A DNA stretch of 63,152 bases, counting the filler, from Saprolegnia diclina VS20 (taxonomy: Eukaryota): the NCBI RefSeq assembly GCF_000281045.1. It is 16 parts of 6 records of this genome, joined end to end, with 100 filler letters (N's around TTAATTAATTAA, not from the genome) between each part and the next. Parts side by side here need not be neighbours in the genome. Positions count along the whole stretch, not along the records: positions 1 to 1,101 come from NW_008246256.1; positions 1,202 to 2,239 come from NW_008246256.1; positions 2,340 to 3,778 come from NW_008246256.1; positions 3,879 to 8,008 come from NW_008246257.1; positions 8,109 to 9,242 come from NW_008246257.1; positions 9,343 to 12,222 come from NW_008246257.1; 10 more parts are not named here. The stretch is one strand, 5' to 3'. The notes beneath the pieces were generated by a model that ran no database searches, was not told where the DNA came from, and saw only the letters and a list, made by a program, of their open reading frames with translations. Positions 1-10,471 of this stretch are shown here, one piece after another (positions within the stretch are counted from its first letter, which is position 1; each line of letters opens with the position of its first letter). The translations under genes and the position numbers were made by a program.

Positions 1-2
1 TT

Positions 3-152
3 CAGATTCCGGGCAACTGCTGCGTCGACTGCCTCTGCGGCTTCTTCTGCAACTGCTGCGCGATCGCACAAATGGCGACGCAAGTCCACGCGTACGACAA
101 GGGCACGTGCGCGTTCGGGCCCAAGGACACGCTGCCGGGCTACATGGCCTAG
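3..152 (+). CDS. PLAC8-family (Cys-rich) protein, 3' end only
   Basis: Frame from 3 reads QIPGNCCVDCLCGFFCNCCAIAQMATQVHAYDKGTCAFGPKDTLPGYMA* (TAG 150-152), typical PLAC8 C-terminal 'IPG..C.DC...CxCCxxxQ'. Confidence 0.9.
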   Translation, partial: QIPGNCCVDCLCGFFCNCCAIAQMATQVHAYDKGTCAFGPKDTLPGYMA

Positions 153-651
153 TCTGTCTGCAGAATCGTCACTCGAAGTAAATCGCAATTCATTCTAGCA
201 ATTCGTGATGTCTCGTACGAGCTATATAGAAAATAGTAAGAGAGGTCGTAGATGCTTGCAGAGGGTTGACCAGGCGAGGCAAAGACAGCACACAGACGTT
301 ACAGCGCAAATAGCGTGCGGGCAGGTGGAAAGCCCGAGTGTACGTATCTAAAGGTGAGGCCCGAGGGCTTTCCCAGTCGTCACTTGAAAACCACCTTCCC
401 TTTGTATACATTACATTTATCAAGATACAACCAGTCGTTGAAGATTCGACCTGCCCCGGTGTACTGGTGCAGTCTCATAACTAGAAGAAGGCATTGGGGC
501 AATATACGGCCATACATTTCCAAGCTAATGAACTCCTTCTCATATGTGGCCGTTGGTTCGTGCGCGTGGGACGAGAGCCTTGCACAACGCCAGTTGTGTC
601 TCGTCGCTCTTCTTCCTAGCGCCGCATCCCATCATAGTACCCTTGGCACGC

Positions 652-669
652 GCTCATTCTACAGTTTGC
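652..669 (+). promoter_or_regulatory. Oomycete core promoter (INR + flanking promoter region)
   Basis: GCTCATTCTACAGTTTGC matches the oomycete GCTCATTYYNCAWTTT-type consensus and ends 10 nt before the PLAC8 ATG at 680. Confidence 0.75.
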
Positions 670-679
670 GCTAACGAAA

Positions 680-1101
680 ATGGACCAGCAACCGACGACT
701 ACGTCCTACGAGATCCATCCTGCGCCGACCGTCAAGCATGTCACGGCCGACGGCGTGGAGCTCAACACCAACAACACCAACAACCTCGTTCTCGGGGAGT
801 GGACGGTTGGGATCTTTGGCTGCTTTACGGACGTCATTCCCAATTGCTGCATGGCGTTCTGGTGCCCGTGCGTCTCGCTCGCTCAGATCGTACACCGCAT
901 CGGTCTCGGCGCGTACACGACGGGCCTCTTCGCGTTTGGCCTTGCCTACCTCGTGGTGTACATCACGGCGGGCGTCTCGGGGCGGTACCCCTTCTCGGGG
1001 GTCGCCTCGGGCTGTGCTGCCGTGGCGTGTGGCCTCTCTGTCATGATTGTGCGCATCAACGTCCGCACCAAGCTCCGTATTCCGGGCAACGGCCTCGTCG
1101 A
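680..1101 (+). CDS. PLAC8-family membrane protein, 3' truncated by spacer
   Basis: GEWTVGIFGCFTDVIPNCCMAFWCPCVSLAQIVHRIG (W..GL..CF.D...C....CPC...Q motif), two hydrophobic segments, then VRTKLRIPGN. Confidence 0.9.
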
Positions 1102-1201
1102 NNNNNNNNNNNNNNNNNNNNNNNNNNNNNNNNNNNNNNNNNNNNTTAATTAATTAANNNNNNNNNNNNNNNNNNNNNNNNNNNNNNNNNNNNNNNNNNN
1201 N
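1102..1201. other. Artificial contig spacer (N44-TTAATTAATTAA-N44), recurring throughout the window
   Basis: The same 100-bp unit, with stops in all six frames, recurs at ~2240, 3779, 8009, 9243, 12223, 17803, 19694, 22157, 27889, 36228, 37378, 40841, 45176 and 48094. Confidence 0.97.
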
Positions 1202-1399
1202 GTCGCAGGGCAGTACGTCACGTACACGAACCAAGGCTACGTCTTTGATACGCAGTACCGCTACTAAGCGGCCGTCTCGAGCAGTGCCGGCCTCATATGC
1301 GGCATTTGTGTCATGATTGTGCGCAATATTGTCCGCAGCAAGCTCCAGATTCCGGGTAATTGCTGCGTCGACTGTCTCTGCGGCTTCTTCTGCAACTGC
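1202..1399 (+). pseudogene. PLAC8-family pseudogene fragment
   Basis: Paralogous to 680-1101 and 3-152 (MIVRNIVRSKLQIPGNCCVDCLCGFFCNC). In-frame TAA at 1265-1267 and abrupt loss of similarity after ~1399. Confidence 0.75.
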
Positions 1400-2027
1400 G
1401 CCACTCCCAACATGGCTGGCGGGCGCCAAGATACTCATGTTTGCCCCCAATCAATGTGCTCGCCGTTCGAGGAGCGAAATCCCCGATTCTACCGCTCTCA
1501 ATGCGCTGCACAGGAGCACCGGCATTTTCAATTGGGTGCACATGTTTTACGGTCGTACCTGACGCAATTATTGTGGTGCAGAATTCTGCGCTAATTCCAA
1601 ACCAGATGTGCTCGGCAATATAATTCGGATCAATCCTGGTAGAAACGTTTACGGGGTGTACCAGCATCCCCAGGAGATTACTCCGTATTTTCTGGCTGAG
1701 AGCTAATCTATAACTGTCACGCTTGTTATTGCATGTCGCATGGTGTTATAGCGGTGAAAATGTGGTCCAATACACCGCTATAGTTATGGCTCTCGCTCAA
1801 AAATCGAGGTCTGGCGCTATATGAGCACTTGGATTGCAGAAGCGCGCGAAGACTGCAGATAGTGACGATGGCGCGTTGGCCCGGGAAAGTCTGCGCACCG
1901 CAGCGCAGCGACGGTCGAGTGTTGACAAAAGTTCCTACCAGCCCACCCCTAGTTATGAGGTTTTGTATTACTTGACCCACTTCAAAAACAACGAAGTTTA
2001 GTATTATTAGCATCGCACATTCCAAAC

Positions 2028-2239
2028 ATGAGCACAACCCAGCCGACGACCAAGACGGCACCACCGACGGCAAATCCAACGACGTCCGTGCCCGACGGCA
2101 TGGAGGTCGACGCCAACAACCTCGTCGTCGGCCAGTGGAAGGCCGGTATCTGCGGCTGCTTCACCGACGTCATTCCCAACTGCTGCATGGCCTACTGGTG
2201 CCCGTGCGTCTCGCTTGCGCAGATCGTACACCGCATCGG
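2028..2239 (+). CDS. PLAC8-family protein, 5' part
   Basis: GQWKAGICGCFTDVIPNCCMAYWCPCVSLAQIVHRI, near-identical to the 680 copy; cut by spacer. Confidence 0.9.
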
Positions 2240-2339
2240 NNNNNNNNNNNNNNNNNNNNNNNNNNNNNNNNNNNNNNNNNNNNTTAATTAATTAANNNNN
2301 NNNNNNNNNNNNNNNNNNNNNNNNNNNNNNNNNNNNNNN

Positions 2340-3778
2340 ACAGCATCATTCGCGGGTCGTCCGTCGAGCAGATGAAGCGTACGTCCTTTCGCTACTGCAT
2401 CAATCGAGTGCGAACGTAACCTTCGATAGGTCTCACGATCGGTGTCGAGCTGGCCTCCAACGCCAGTATCCTCTTCTTGGACGAGCCGACGTCGGGGCTC
2501 GATGCACGCGCGGCCTTGCGCATCATGAAAGGCCTCACAGAAGTGGCCAAGTCGGGCCGCACGGTCGTGTGCACGATCCACCAGCCGTCGTCCGAAGTGT
2601 TTAAGATGTTTGACCAGCTCCTCTTGCTCAAGCGCGGTGGGCACACTGTCTACTTTGGTCCGCTTGGCACTGGCAGCGCGCACCTCATCGAGTACCTCGA
2701 GGCGATACCTGACACGCCCGCCATCAAGCCCGGGCACAACCCGGCGACGTGGATGCTCGAGGTCATTGGCGCGGGCACGGCGGCGGGCGCCGTTGAAAAG
2801 GACTTTGCTGCGCTCTATAGCGCCAGCGTGGCCAAGACCGATATGCTGACTGTGCTCCAAGAAGAGAGCAACATGAAGCGGGCCGAAATGGTGTTCACGC
2901 GCAAGTGCGCGGCCGACCCGAACGTGCAATGCAAGCTCGTGCTCCAGCGCTTTGTGCGCATGTACTGGCGCACGCCGTCGTACAACCTCACGCGCATTCT
3001 CATCAACGTCGCGCTCTCGATCCTCTTTGGCATCATCTACTGCCAAACGACATACTCGAGCTTTAGCGGCCTCAACGCGGGCGTTGGCATCGTATTTCTG
3101 GCGTCGCTCTTCATTGGCATGATGGGCTTCAACAACGTCTTGCCGTTGTACGTGCAGGAGCGCGCGAGTTTCTACCGCGAGCGCGCCTGCGAGACGTACA
3201 GTGCCGTGTGGTACTTTCTCGGCTCGACGCTGATCGAGATCCCGTACGTCTTTGTCTCGGTCGTCGTCTTTAGCGTCATCTTTTACCCGTTCGTGGGCTT
3301 TGTCGGGTGGAGCCAAGGCGTGCTCTTCACGATCTACCTCTTCCTCTTTGTGCTCATGCAAGTCTACTTTGGCCAACTCCTGGCGTGCGCGCTGCCGTCG
3401 ATCGAGGTCGCGAGCACCATTGGCGGCTTGATCAGCTCGATCTTCTTCCTCTTCATGGGCTTCAACCCGCCGACGTCGCAGATTCCGGCCGGTCTCCAGT
3501 GGCTCAACACAATCGTACCACCCAAGTACGCGCTCTCGCTCCTCGTGTCGGCGGCTTTTGCAACGTGCGAGAATCCAAACGATTTGGGCTGCGCCACCAT
3601 GTCGGACGTCCCGTTGTCTCTGATTGTGTACAAGTTCAACAACGCCCCAAAGGTGACGGTCAAGCAGTACATTGAAACCATGTTTCAAATGCATTCGAGT
3701 GACGCAGGGAGCAACGTGGCTGTGCTCTGCGGCTGCATCGCGGCCTTTCGTCTCCTCGGCTTTCTCGCAATGCGCTTC
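2340..3778 (+). CDS. ABCG/PDR-type ABC transporter, C-terminal NBD-TMD (partial; intron 2379-2429)
   Basis: Spliced IIRGSSVEQMKRLTIGVELASNASILFLDEPTSGLDARAA (signature and Walker B), TIHQPS H-loop, NPATWMLE, YWRTPSYN and ERASFYRER motifs, then ABC2 membrane helices. Confidence 0.95.
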
Positions 3779-4235
3779 NNNNNNNNNNNNNNNNNNNNNN
3801 NNNNNNNNNNNNNNNNNNNNNNTTAATTAATTAANNNNNNNNNNNNNNNNNNNNNNNNNNNNNNNNNNNNNNNNNNNNCAATGAAAAGTGAGTGGCATCG
3901 GGAGACGTTGGGTGTCGTCCCGGTACGAGACGGCGTGCTCACATACCTTCGCTATCCGGTGCTTGTAGAGAGTGCCAACTGGAGCGTTTTTGCGCAATTT
4001 GTGGCAGAAATTTATGGATTTAGGTTCCATGTATGAGTGTACACTACTTACTTGTACTACCAAGGCGTACAGTCAAAGGCCTTGGTACTACGATGTGCAC
4101 AGGCAGTCCGCAGTGGCTTTGGTGTCATGTCGTATCTCAAATATCCGGATCCGGATAGATATCACAACGGGTCACTGACGACGGGTGATTGCAGTCGAAT
4201 GCTGCACCGACAAATCGGCTAAACCAAGTACATTA

Positions 4236-4301
4236 TCAGCCCCGTCTCCTAAAACCTTATAACCCTTCAACGCTTTGAAGGGGTTTAAGAGACGGGGCTG
4301 A
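4236..4301. mobile_element. 66-bp miniature inverted-repeat element with TA flanks
   Basis: TA|TCAGCCCCGTCTC ... GAGACGGGGCTGA|TA: perfect 13-bp terminal inverted repeat extending imperfectly inward, with an internal CCCTTCAA/TTGAAGGG hairpin. Confidence 0.55.
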
Positions 4302-4558
4302 TAGTTTATTTGGTTACGACGACATGTACGATGTTGGGGGCTTGACAGCGCAACGGCAGGCTCATTCCAGCCCGCGTCTCGTCAATACAATGCAGGAATG
4401 CAAGTCACTTGATGCGTGTCCTTTTTGTACTTGTCAGCTAGTGAGAGACGGGACACCCCCAGCATTGGCCTGTCGGCTTGGCGCTGATAACACAGGAAAT
4501 AGTTTAGTTTGCTTTTTGCTCTCTTCCTACAGAGTTGTCCCCCAACGACTTTGACAGT

Positions 4559-5059
4559 ATGCTTTCGATCGTCCGCGCTTTGCTCCTGATGACGGTGGCC
4601 ATCACCGCGACGCCGTGCACGTCGACGCAGAAAGACCAAATGCTAGCGACGATCACCAACGATGCGCAGTGGGCGGCTTGCCAAAAGGCGACGGCGCCGT
4701 ACGATTTCTACAAATCGCTCACGCAGGTGAGTCCAGCGCCGACATCGGCGCAGATGCAGCTCTTTGCTTCCACGCCGGCTTGTGCGGCTGTCTACGCAGA
4801 CTTTCAAGCGTCGCTCAAGGCTGCCAACTGCGACGAAATCAAGGCAATGATCGGCCTCGAGTATGCTCCGTTCGTGCAACTGACGTCGCCACCGACAGAC
4901 GCGACTGTCGCTCCGGCACCCGCGACTCCAATGTCGAAAGCTACAGCGATGCCAGGTGCTCCGATGACAGTGCCGGCGCCAACGATGGCCACGTCGGCAG
5001 CGCCAACGGCAGCGTTGACGGTAGCGGCAACGGTTGTTGGTTTTGCGCTCTGCCTTTGA
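4559..5059 (+). CDS. Elicitin-like (ELL) secreted protein, probably GPI-anchored
   Basis: Signal peptide MLSIVRALLLMTVAITA; elicitin-like spacing CTSTQ..C..PTSAQMQLFASTPAC..ANC; P/T/A-rich linker; hydrophobic C-terminal tail. Confidence 0.75.
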   Translation: MLSIVRALLLMTVAITATPCTSTQKDQMLATITNDAQWAACQKATAPYDFYKSLTQVSPAPTSAQMQLFASTPACAAVYADFQASLKAANCDEIKAMIGLEYAPFVQLTSPPTDATVAPAPATPMSKATAMPGAPMTVPAPTMATSAAPTAALTVAATVVGFALCL

Positions 5060-6013
5060 GCCAATACACGCCACCAGTCAAGCGACGCTGGCGCAAAGAT
5101 GACTGTAATTTCCATAAATGCATCCCCTAAATCCTATACTAGTACACTGTGGTCCATCCACAAATTAAATCTTCTGATAACTCGACGACGACAGGTTTTT
5201 ACATAAACCAATCGCGTTGGACTGACAACATTGAACAAAGGGTACAATGGTACATAAGGTCCAAAATCTTGGCGTATACGTATTCGGATAGGTTCCGAAT
5301 CCAAGCTCGGGCATTGCCAGAGCTTGGAGGTGTGCCAGGCAGGCACACCTGCGACAATGGCTCGATATCAAGCCCTCGAGATGAGGCGGTGCCCACTCCA
5401 CTCAGAAAATCGGTGCACACGACCAACATTGCGTGGACGTGAAACGGCGCATNNNNNNNNNNNNNNNNNNNNNNNNNNNNNNNNNNNNNNNNNNNNNNNN
5501 NNNNNNNNNNNNNNNNNNNNNNNNNNNNNNNNNNNNNNNNNNNNNNNNNNNNNNNNNNNNNNNNNNNNNNNNNNNNNNNNNNNNNNNNNNNNNNNNNNNN
5601 NNNNNNNNNNNNNNNNNNNNNNNNNNNNNNNNNNNNNNNNNNNNNNNNNNNNNNNNNNNNNNNNNNNNNNNNNNNNNNNNNNNNNNNNNNNNNNNNNNNN
5701 NNNNNNNNNNNNNNNNNNNNNNNNNNNNNNNNNNNNNNNNNNNNNNNNNNNNNNNNNNNNNNNNNNNNNNNNNNNNNNNNNNNNNNNNNNNNNNNNNNNN
5801 NNNNNNNNNNNNNNNNNNNNNNNNNNNNNNNNNNNNNNNNNNNNNNNNNNNNNNNNNNNNNNNNNNNNNNNNNNNNNNNNNNNNNNNNNNNNNNNNNNNN
5901 NNNNNNNNNNNNNNNNNNNNNNNNNNNNNNNNNNNNNNNNNNNNNNNNNNNNNNNNNNNNNNNNNNNNNNNNNNNNNNNNNNNNNNNNNNNNNNNNNNNN
6001 NNNNNNNNNNNNN

Positions 6014-8008
6014 GATTTGCCCTGGAATTTCTCAATTTCAGCCTCAATGTGGTGCCGCTCGTGTGTCTCGTTGGCCGTGTCCGTAAAGACTTGTGCCTCC
6101 ATGAACTCGTCCCAGTCCATGTACCACACGGTGAGTGCAAACCTAACCACAAACATAAGGTTGCGTATGTGCGTCGGCTAATACCGCTTTGCGTGCGACG
6201 GCAGCACTTCGTGCGGCACCCGCGTGTCGGAAAAGAAGACTAAAAGCCGGTCCAAGACTGGGCTAATGCGTGCCGGTGGCGTCCGGTGCAGCACAAGCTG
6301 TCCGCCGTCGCGTTCGTCCCAAAGAGGGTTCAAGTACAGAATTGCTGTGAGCTAGCGCATCCAGGATACGCACGCTGCCATGAAATCGCAGTGTAATACC
6401 TTGCGCCCGTTGCGGTTCGGGTTGTCGCAATGCTTGACGTACGCCGCGCCGTGGCCGGGGTAGCATGTCAGCATGACGCGCTGCCGCTGCAGTGCACACC
6501 TAGTATGTCAATACATCGAAAACACACAGAAGGTTGTCACGCGATTTACGAGCGCAGTTCCGCGTTGACACCAGCAAGGCGTTCAAGAAGAAGGCGATCC
6601 AGCTGACGGAGCGTTGTCACAATCGCAGGCGGACACGCGGGCTCGGTGCCGTCGAGCCAGAGCACGTCGTCGCCACGCACCGACGCCATTTCATATCGAA
6701 GATTGCGCCCCGTTTTACCACCGGCAAGTGCGCCGCGCTCAAAGCAGAGGCCGTCTTGGGACGCGTGCAGTTGGTTGACCGCGTCGTAGAGCTGCATCGC
6801 GCTACCATGACCCAGAAAGTCGTCGCAAAGTGCAAAGTGTTGCTGGTCCAGAGCACGAGATAAATCCCTACACCAAGATACCACCTCTTGTGGACTGTAT
6901 GTGAACGTACGCGATCGCCGCGGCGTGCGGTAGTGGCGGCAACAATTCGTCGCCATCGCAATGGACAATGTGTCCACTTTTCGGCGGTGTCGCTACGCAC
7001 TCCTCATTTACTGTCGCTCAAAAGCTTGGATGCGTACCGCTGGCGTGGCCCAGAGACAGCGCAAGGACAGCACGGTTGGCGTCGCGCTCGACGGCGGCGC
7101 GCTGCCGCTCGGCGAGATCATACTCGTGCTTGGCGACAGCGTGGTCCTTCTGAGCAAGCACGAGCGCTTCTGTGAGCGTCTCGACTTGGGCTTCAAGCGA
7201 CGTCTTCCATTCATGCAACGAGGCAAACACGGCCTTTGCCTGCTCGTCGAGGGGGTCGAGTGCTTTCTCTGGTCGCGGCGTGAGCGCTCGGGGCACCAAG
7301 GCCATCGGGGGGGCTGCTTTTGCAGCGTCGCGTCGCCAGCGTGCCATATCGTCTGGTGATGGAAACACGTAGGCTTCGCCCGACAGGTGCACCACCGGTA
7401 GCAATGTGTACGGCCAGGTATAGCAGAGCTTGGCGTGCCAGTCGTCGTCGTTTGCGTCGGCTCGGGCGTGGATGCCAACCGTGTCGAGCACGTGCACGGA
7501 GAAGATGGCGCCGCTAGTGTGGGGGGCAGTGCATATGTCGGCTCGGAAAGGCACCAAGCAAGAAGGCGCAACGGTGACGACGTTACCAAACGCGTTGGTG
7601 AGCGCTGCAGTCTCCCAGTGCATGATGCGCGTCATGTACACGTCGAGGCTCGACAGAGACGACGATGCGCTCGACGCTTGGAGCAGTGAAAAAAGCTGGT
7701 ACGACACCAGTGGGCAGTAGGCCAGATTCACGTGCCATAGGCGCGGACATTGCTTGACAAGATTTTGGACATCCTGGTCGGACACGGGCAGTGACGCCAA
7801 GTTGACAGACTGCACAACGCTACGGACAGGCCCCTCAAGCGTGTTGATATGCAGGATCAAGTGAAGGTAGCGATCCAGTCGCACGTGCGCAAGCTCTACC
7901 GCAAGGTCGAGGTGACTCCAATGGCTGGACTCCAACACAACGTCTCGAAGGCGTCGAGAGACGTGGCGCACCACGGTTGCATTCTCCCACGGCGTTAGAA
8001 ATGCGAGA
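6014..8008 (-). CDS. F-box-like/LRR + coiled-coil + EGLN/PHD-type prolyl-4-hydroxylase (2OG-Fe(II) oxygenase); both ends run into gaps
   Basis: GT-AG introns 6993-7037, 6868-6910, 6500-6549, 6352-6399 and 6143-6184 give one open frame. PHD part: VRGDDVLWLDGTEP..MLTCYPGHGAAYVKHCDNPNRNGRKLTAILYLNP..DGGQL..DRLLVFFSDTRVPHEVLPSHAKRFALTVWY. N-terminus LAFLTPWENATVVRHVSRRLRDVVLESSHWSHLDL (F-box-like) and LVKQCPRLWHVNLAYCPLVS (LRR). The PHD call is about 0.95; the fusion is less certain. Confidence 0.8.
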
Positions 8009-8143
8009 NNNNNNNNNNNNNNNNNNNNNNNNNNNNNNNNNNNNNNNNNNNNTTAATTAATTAANNNNNNNNNNNNNNNNNNNNNNNNNNNNNNNNNNNN
8101 NNNNNNNNGCGCGGTGGGCCATGTTGCTGATAGAGGAGACAAT

Positions 8144-9047
8144 ATCAGACGATCGAGGATCGCAGACGCAGATTCTATAAAATCACACTGGGTCGTCAAG
8201 GGGTCGGGCGGCGCGTCGTAGCGGAGGACGGTGTAGCAGTGAGCTGCAGCCGGGTCAATTGAAGCATAAACACGGAGGGGTATATAGTCCTTGTTCCAGT
8301 AGCACATATTTTCAGAGGCTGGAACCAACCAATCGCGCAGGAGGATACAACACAGCTCTGAACAAGACAGGTGCTGTTTATAACAGCGCTGAGTCGGACG
8401 ATTGGCGTCAATAGATTGAGGTCTTGCGAGGATAAGATCTGATTAGAATTTGGGTTTGCGTTGCTGGTACACAGCCGAAAGCCGCTTGCTGTGCGTCTTT
8501 TCGCCATGTTAAAGCAGGGTAGGAACCAACCAATTGTGTGGTCGTCCATCGCCCAACTCATGAAACCATATGCATACGGACGCAGATGTACACTAGTTGT
8601 GGGCTTGTCGACGAATCAACTAAAAGACTGATGTTTGATGGACTCAGATGCCCCGAATCAGTTGGGTGGCCCTGTAGTTCACCCACACGTGGGATGCATT
8701 ATCCATTTATTCGATCGACAAGTCTCAAACTTCCTGTCGTTTCCAGGGCTTTAACTCAACCCTTCCAGACACAAACAAGTCAATCTTGCATCTCAAGTCT
8801 TTTGTTGCGCTCACATTATGCATGGATCAATCCGTAATTTTTGAGCGACCTTGACATTTCCTCTCTTTACGAACAAAGTGCACCGACTCATCCCTGCTCT
8901 CAGGCCTTTTTATGCTCAGCGCGACTCTTTTCAGTCCTCCATGCACTTTCTACTACACTATTCCGTCCTCCGCTACGACGCGCCCTACCCCTTGACGACC
9001 CAGTGTGATTTTATAGAATCTGCGTCTGCGATCCTCGATCGTCTGAT
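8144..9047. repeat. ~87-bp inverted duplication (8144-8231 vs 8963-9047)
   Basis: The reverse complement of 8144-8231 matches 8963-9047 apart from a 3-nt indel region; no clear TSD. Confidence 0.9.
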
Positions 9048-9429
9048 TCGCGACACTCGACTACGTTCCCCAAGAGCGTTTCCAAGAGCGTTTCCTCTAG
9101 AACTCCAGTTATCAGATACTGGTATCTCCTTGGCACTCTGTCCGACTTCGCTGGACTCAGACCGTCTGAGTCGACACACGCTATACTTTCTTGTCGGAGC
9201 TCACGTGCTCGCCAAGTTAGTTCATTCTCTCATTTGCGCCGTNNNNNNNNNNNNNNNNNNNNNNNNNNNNNNNNNNNNNNNNNNNNTTAATTAATTAANN
9301 NNNNNNNNNNNNNNNNNNNNNNNNNNNNNNNNNNNNNNNNNNGGCGTTAAATCATCTTCAAATAATAGTGGGTCCGCAAAGACAGCGGCAAATACATACA
9401 AAGCAGTGGCGGCGAGCGCTGTGGCAACG

Positions 9430-10471
9430 TCAGACCTCGTGCTCCTTGGCGTGGGACATGCACCAGCCTTTGCGCTGGGCCCACTTGAGGCACTTGGGTG
9501 CCTTGCAGCGCTCGCCACCACTGTTGCGGGTTCTGCCCGTGATCCGAGAAAGCACGTGCTTGCAGCTCTGCGTGCAGACGAAGCGAGTCTCAACAACCAC
9601 CGTGCATGCGGCACAGTTGCTTGAGATGCGCCTTCTTCTTGCAGCCGTCGACGGCGCAAAACTTGCCACCGCCGTGCGACTTGCACAGCCCCCGCGACTG
9701 CGACGCGCGGTGGCAGCCGTCAAAGCGGCAGCGCGAGCCACCGCCGTGGGCGATGCACAGGCCGCGGCTTTGACTGTTCTTGAGGCAACCCGCATGGGTG
9801 CATTGACGGGCGCCGCCGTGCTTCTTGCACTTCTGGTGCGATCGGGCGCGGTTGTTGCAGCCGGCATGAGTGCATGTCTTGCGCGCGCTCGAGTTGGGTG
9901 AGTCGGCGCCGTCGTCGTTGTCCATATCGTCGTCGGCCACGTCTGCAACGGGAATTGTGACACGCAACGGCGTGCTTGTCGGCGGCATCATCGAGGCAGG
10001 CAAGAAGGACGTTTGCGCGGCCGGCGGCGTCGCGCGCGGCGCTAGCGGTACGCGCTTCTGTGAGTCCTTGGCCTTGGTCGGCATGGTGTCGAGGCCAAAC
10101 GAGTAGGGCAGCGGCGTGATCTGGTCCATTTCCTTCTTGGCACACATCATGGTCCAGTCGAGGTTGTCGCCTGTCGTCGTGCTAGTGGCGTCGCAGGTGT
10201 GAATGTCGGCAATGTTGGCATTAAAGTTGAGCAGCGGCAGGTCGTTCTCGTCGGACGGCAGCTCGAGCGCGTCCAAGTCGAAGTTGAATGGGTCGAGCTC
10301 CATGTCGTAGAGCTCCTTCTCCATAAAGAGCGGCTGGTAGACGCCATGGTCGGCCGCGGCCACCACCGTCAGCGGGAAGGCCTTGCTCTCGTCGAGGAAG
10401 GACTCCATGCGCATGAGCCGCGTCACGAGCGTCGGCGCGTCGCCGAGCGGCTGCAGCTTGTCGATGCTCAT
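9430..10471 (-). CDS. Cys/His zinc-finger-repeat protein (C-x4-C-x9-C-x2-H-GG repeats, often annotated 'WRKY19-like' in stramenopiles); last repeat disrupted by an insertion
   Basis: Repeats CTHAGCNNRARSHQKCKKHGG, CTHAGCLKNSQSRGLCIAHGGG, CRFDGCHRASQSRGLCKSHGGG, CAVDGCKKKAHLKQLCRMHGG. A fifth, CKAPKCLKWAQRKGWCMSH, lies in another frame beyond the 9522-9595 insertion. Acidic low-complexity N-terminus. Confidence 0.85.
9522..9595. mobile_element. 74-bp solo-LTR-like insertion (TGTTG...CAACA, 5-bp TSD ACCAC)
   Basis: ACCAC at 9517-9521 and 9596-9600 flanks TGTTG...CAACA. Removing the element plus one TSD restores the reading frame HGGGERC. Confidence 0.8.

Noticed and set aside
1146..1157. Recurrent palindromic TTAATTAATTAA as a biological repeat
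   Set aside because: Always centred in N-runs of fixed length; it is a six-frame-stop assembly spacer.
2288..3694. 468-aa minus-strand ORF (likewise 14032-15312 and other long antisense ORFs)
   Set aside because: Shadow ORFs of GC3-rich real genes on the opposite strand; no motifs.
5143..5452. TA|CACTGTGGTCC as a Tc1-like terminus
   Set aside because: Any opposite end would lie in the N gap and no transposase motif is visible.
9522..9600. Intron explanation for the frameshift in the zinc-finger gene
   Set aside because: The GT donors after the His codon are all phase 1 and none pairs with an AG to restore the frame; the TSD and TG..CA ends fit an insertion better.
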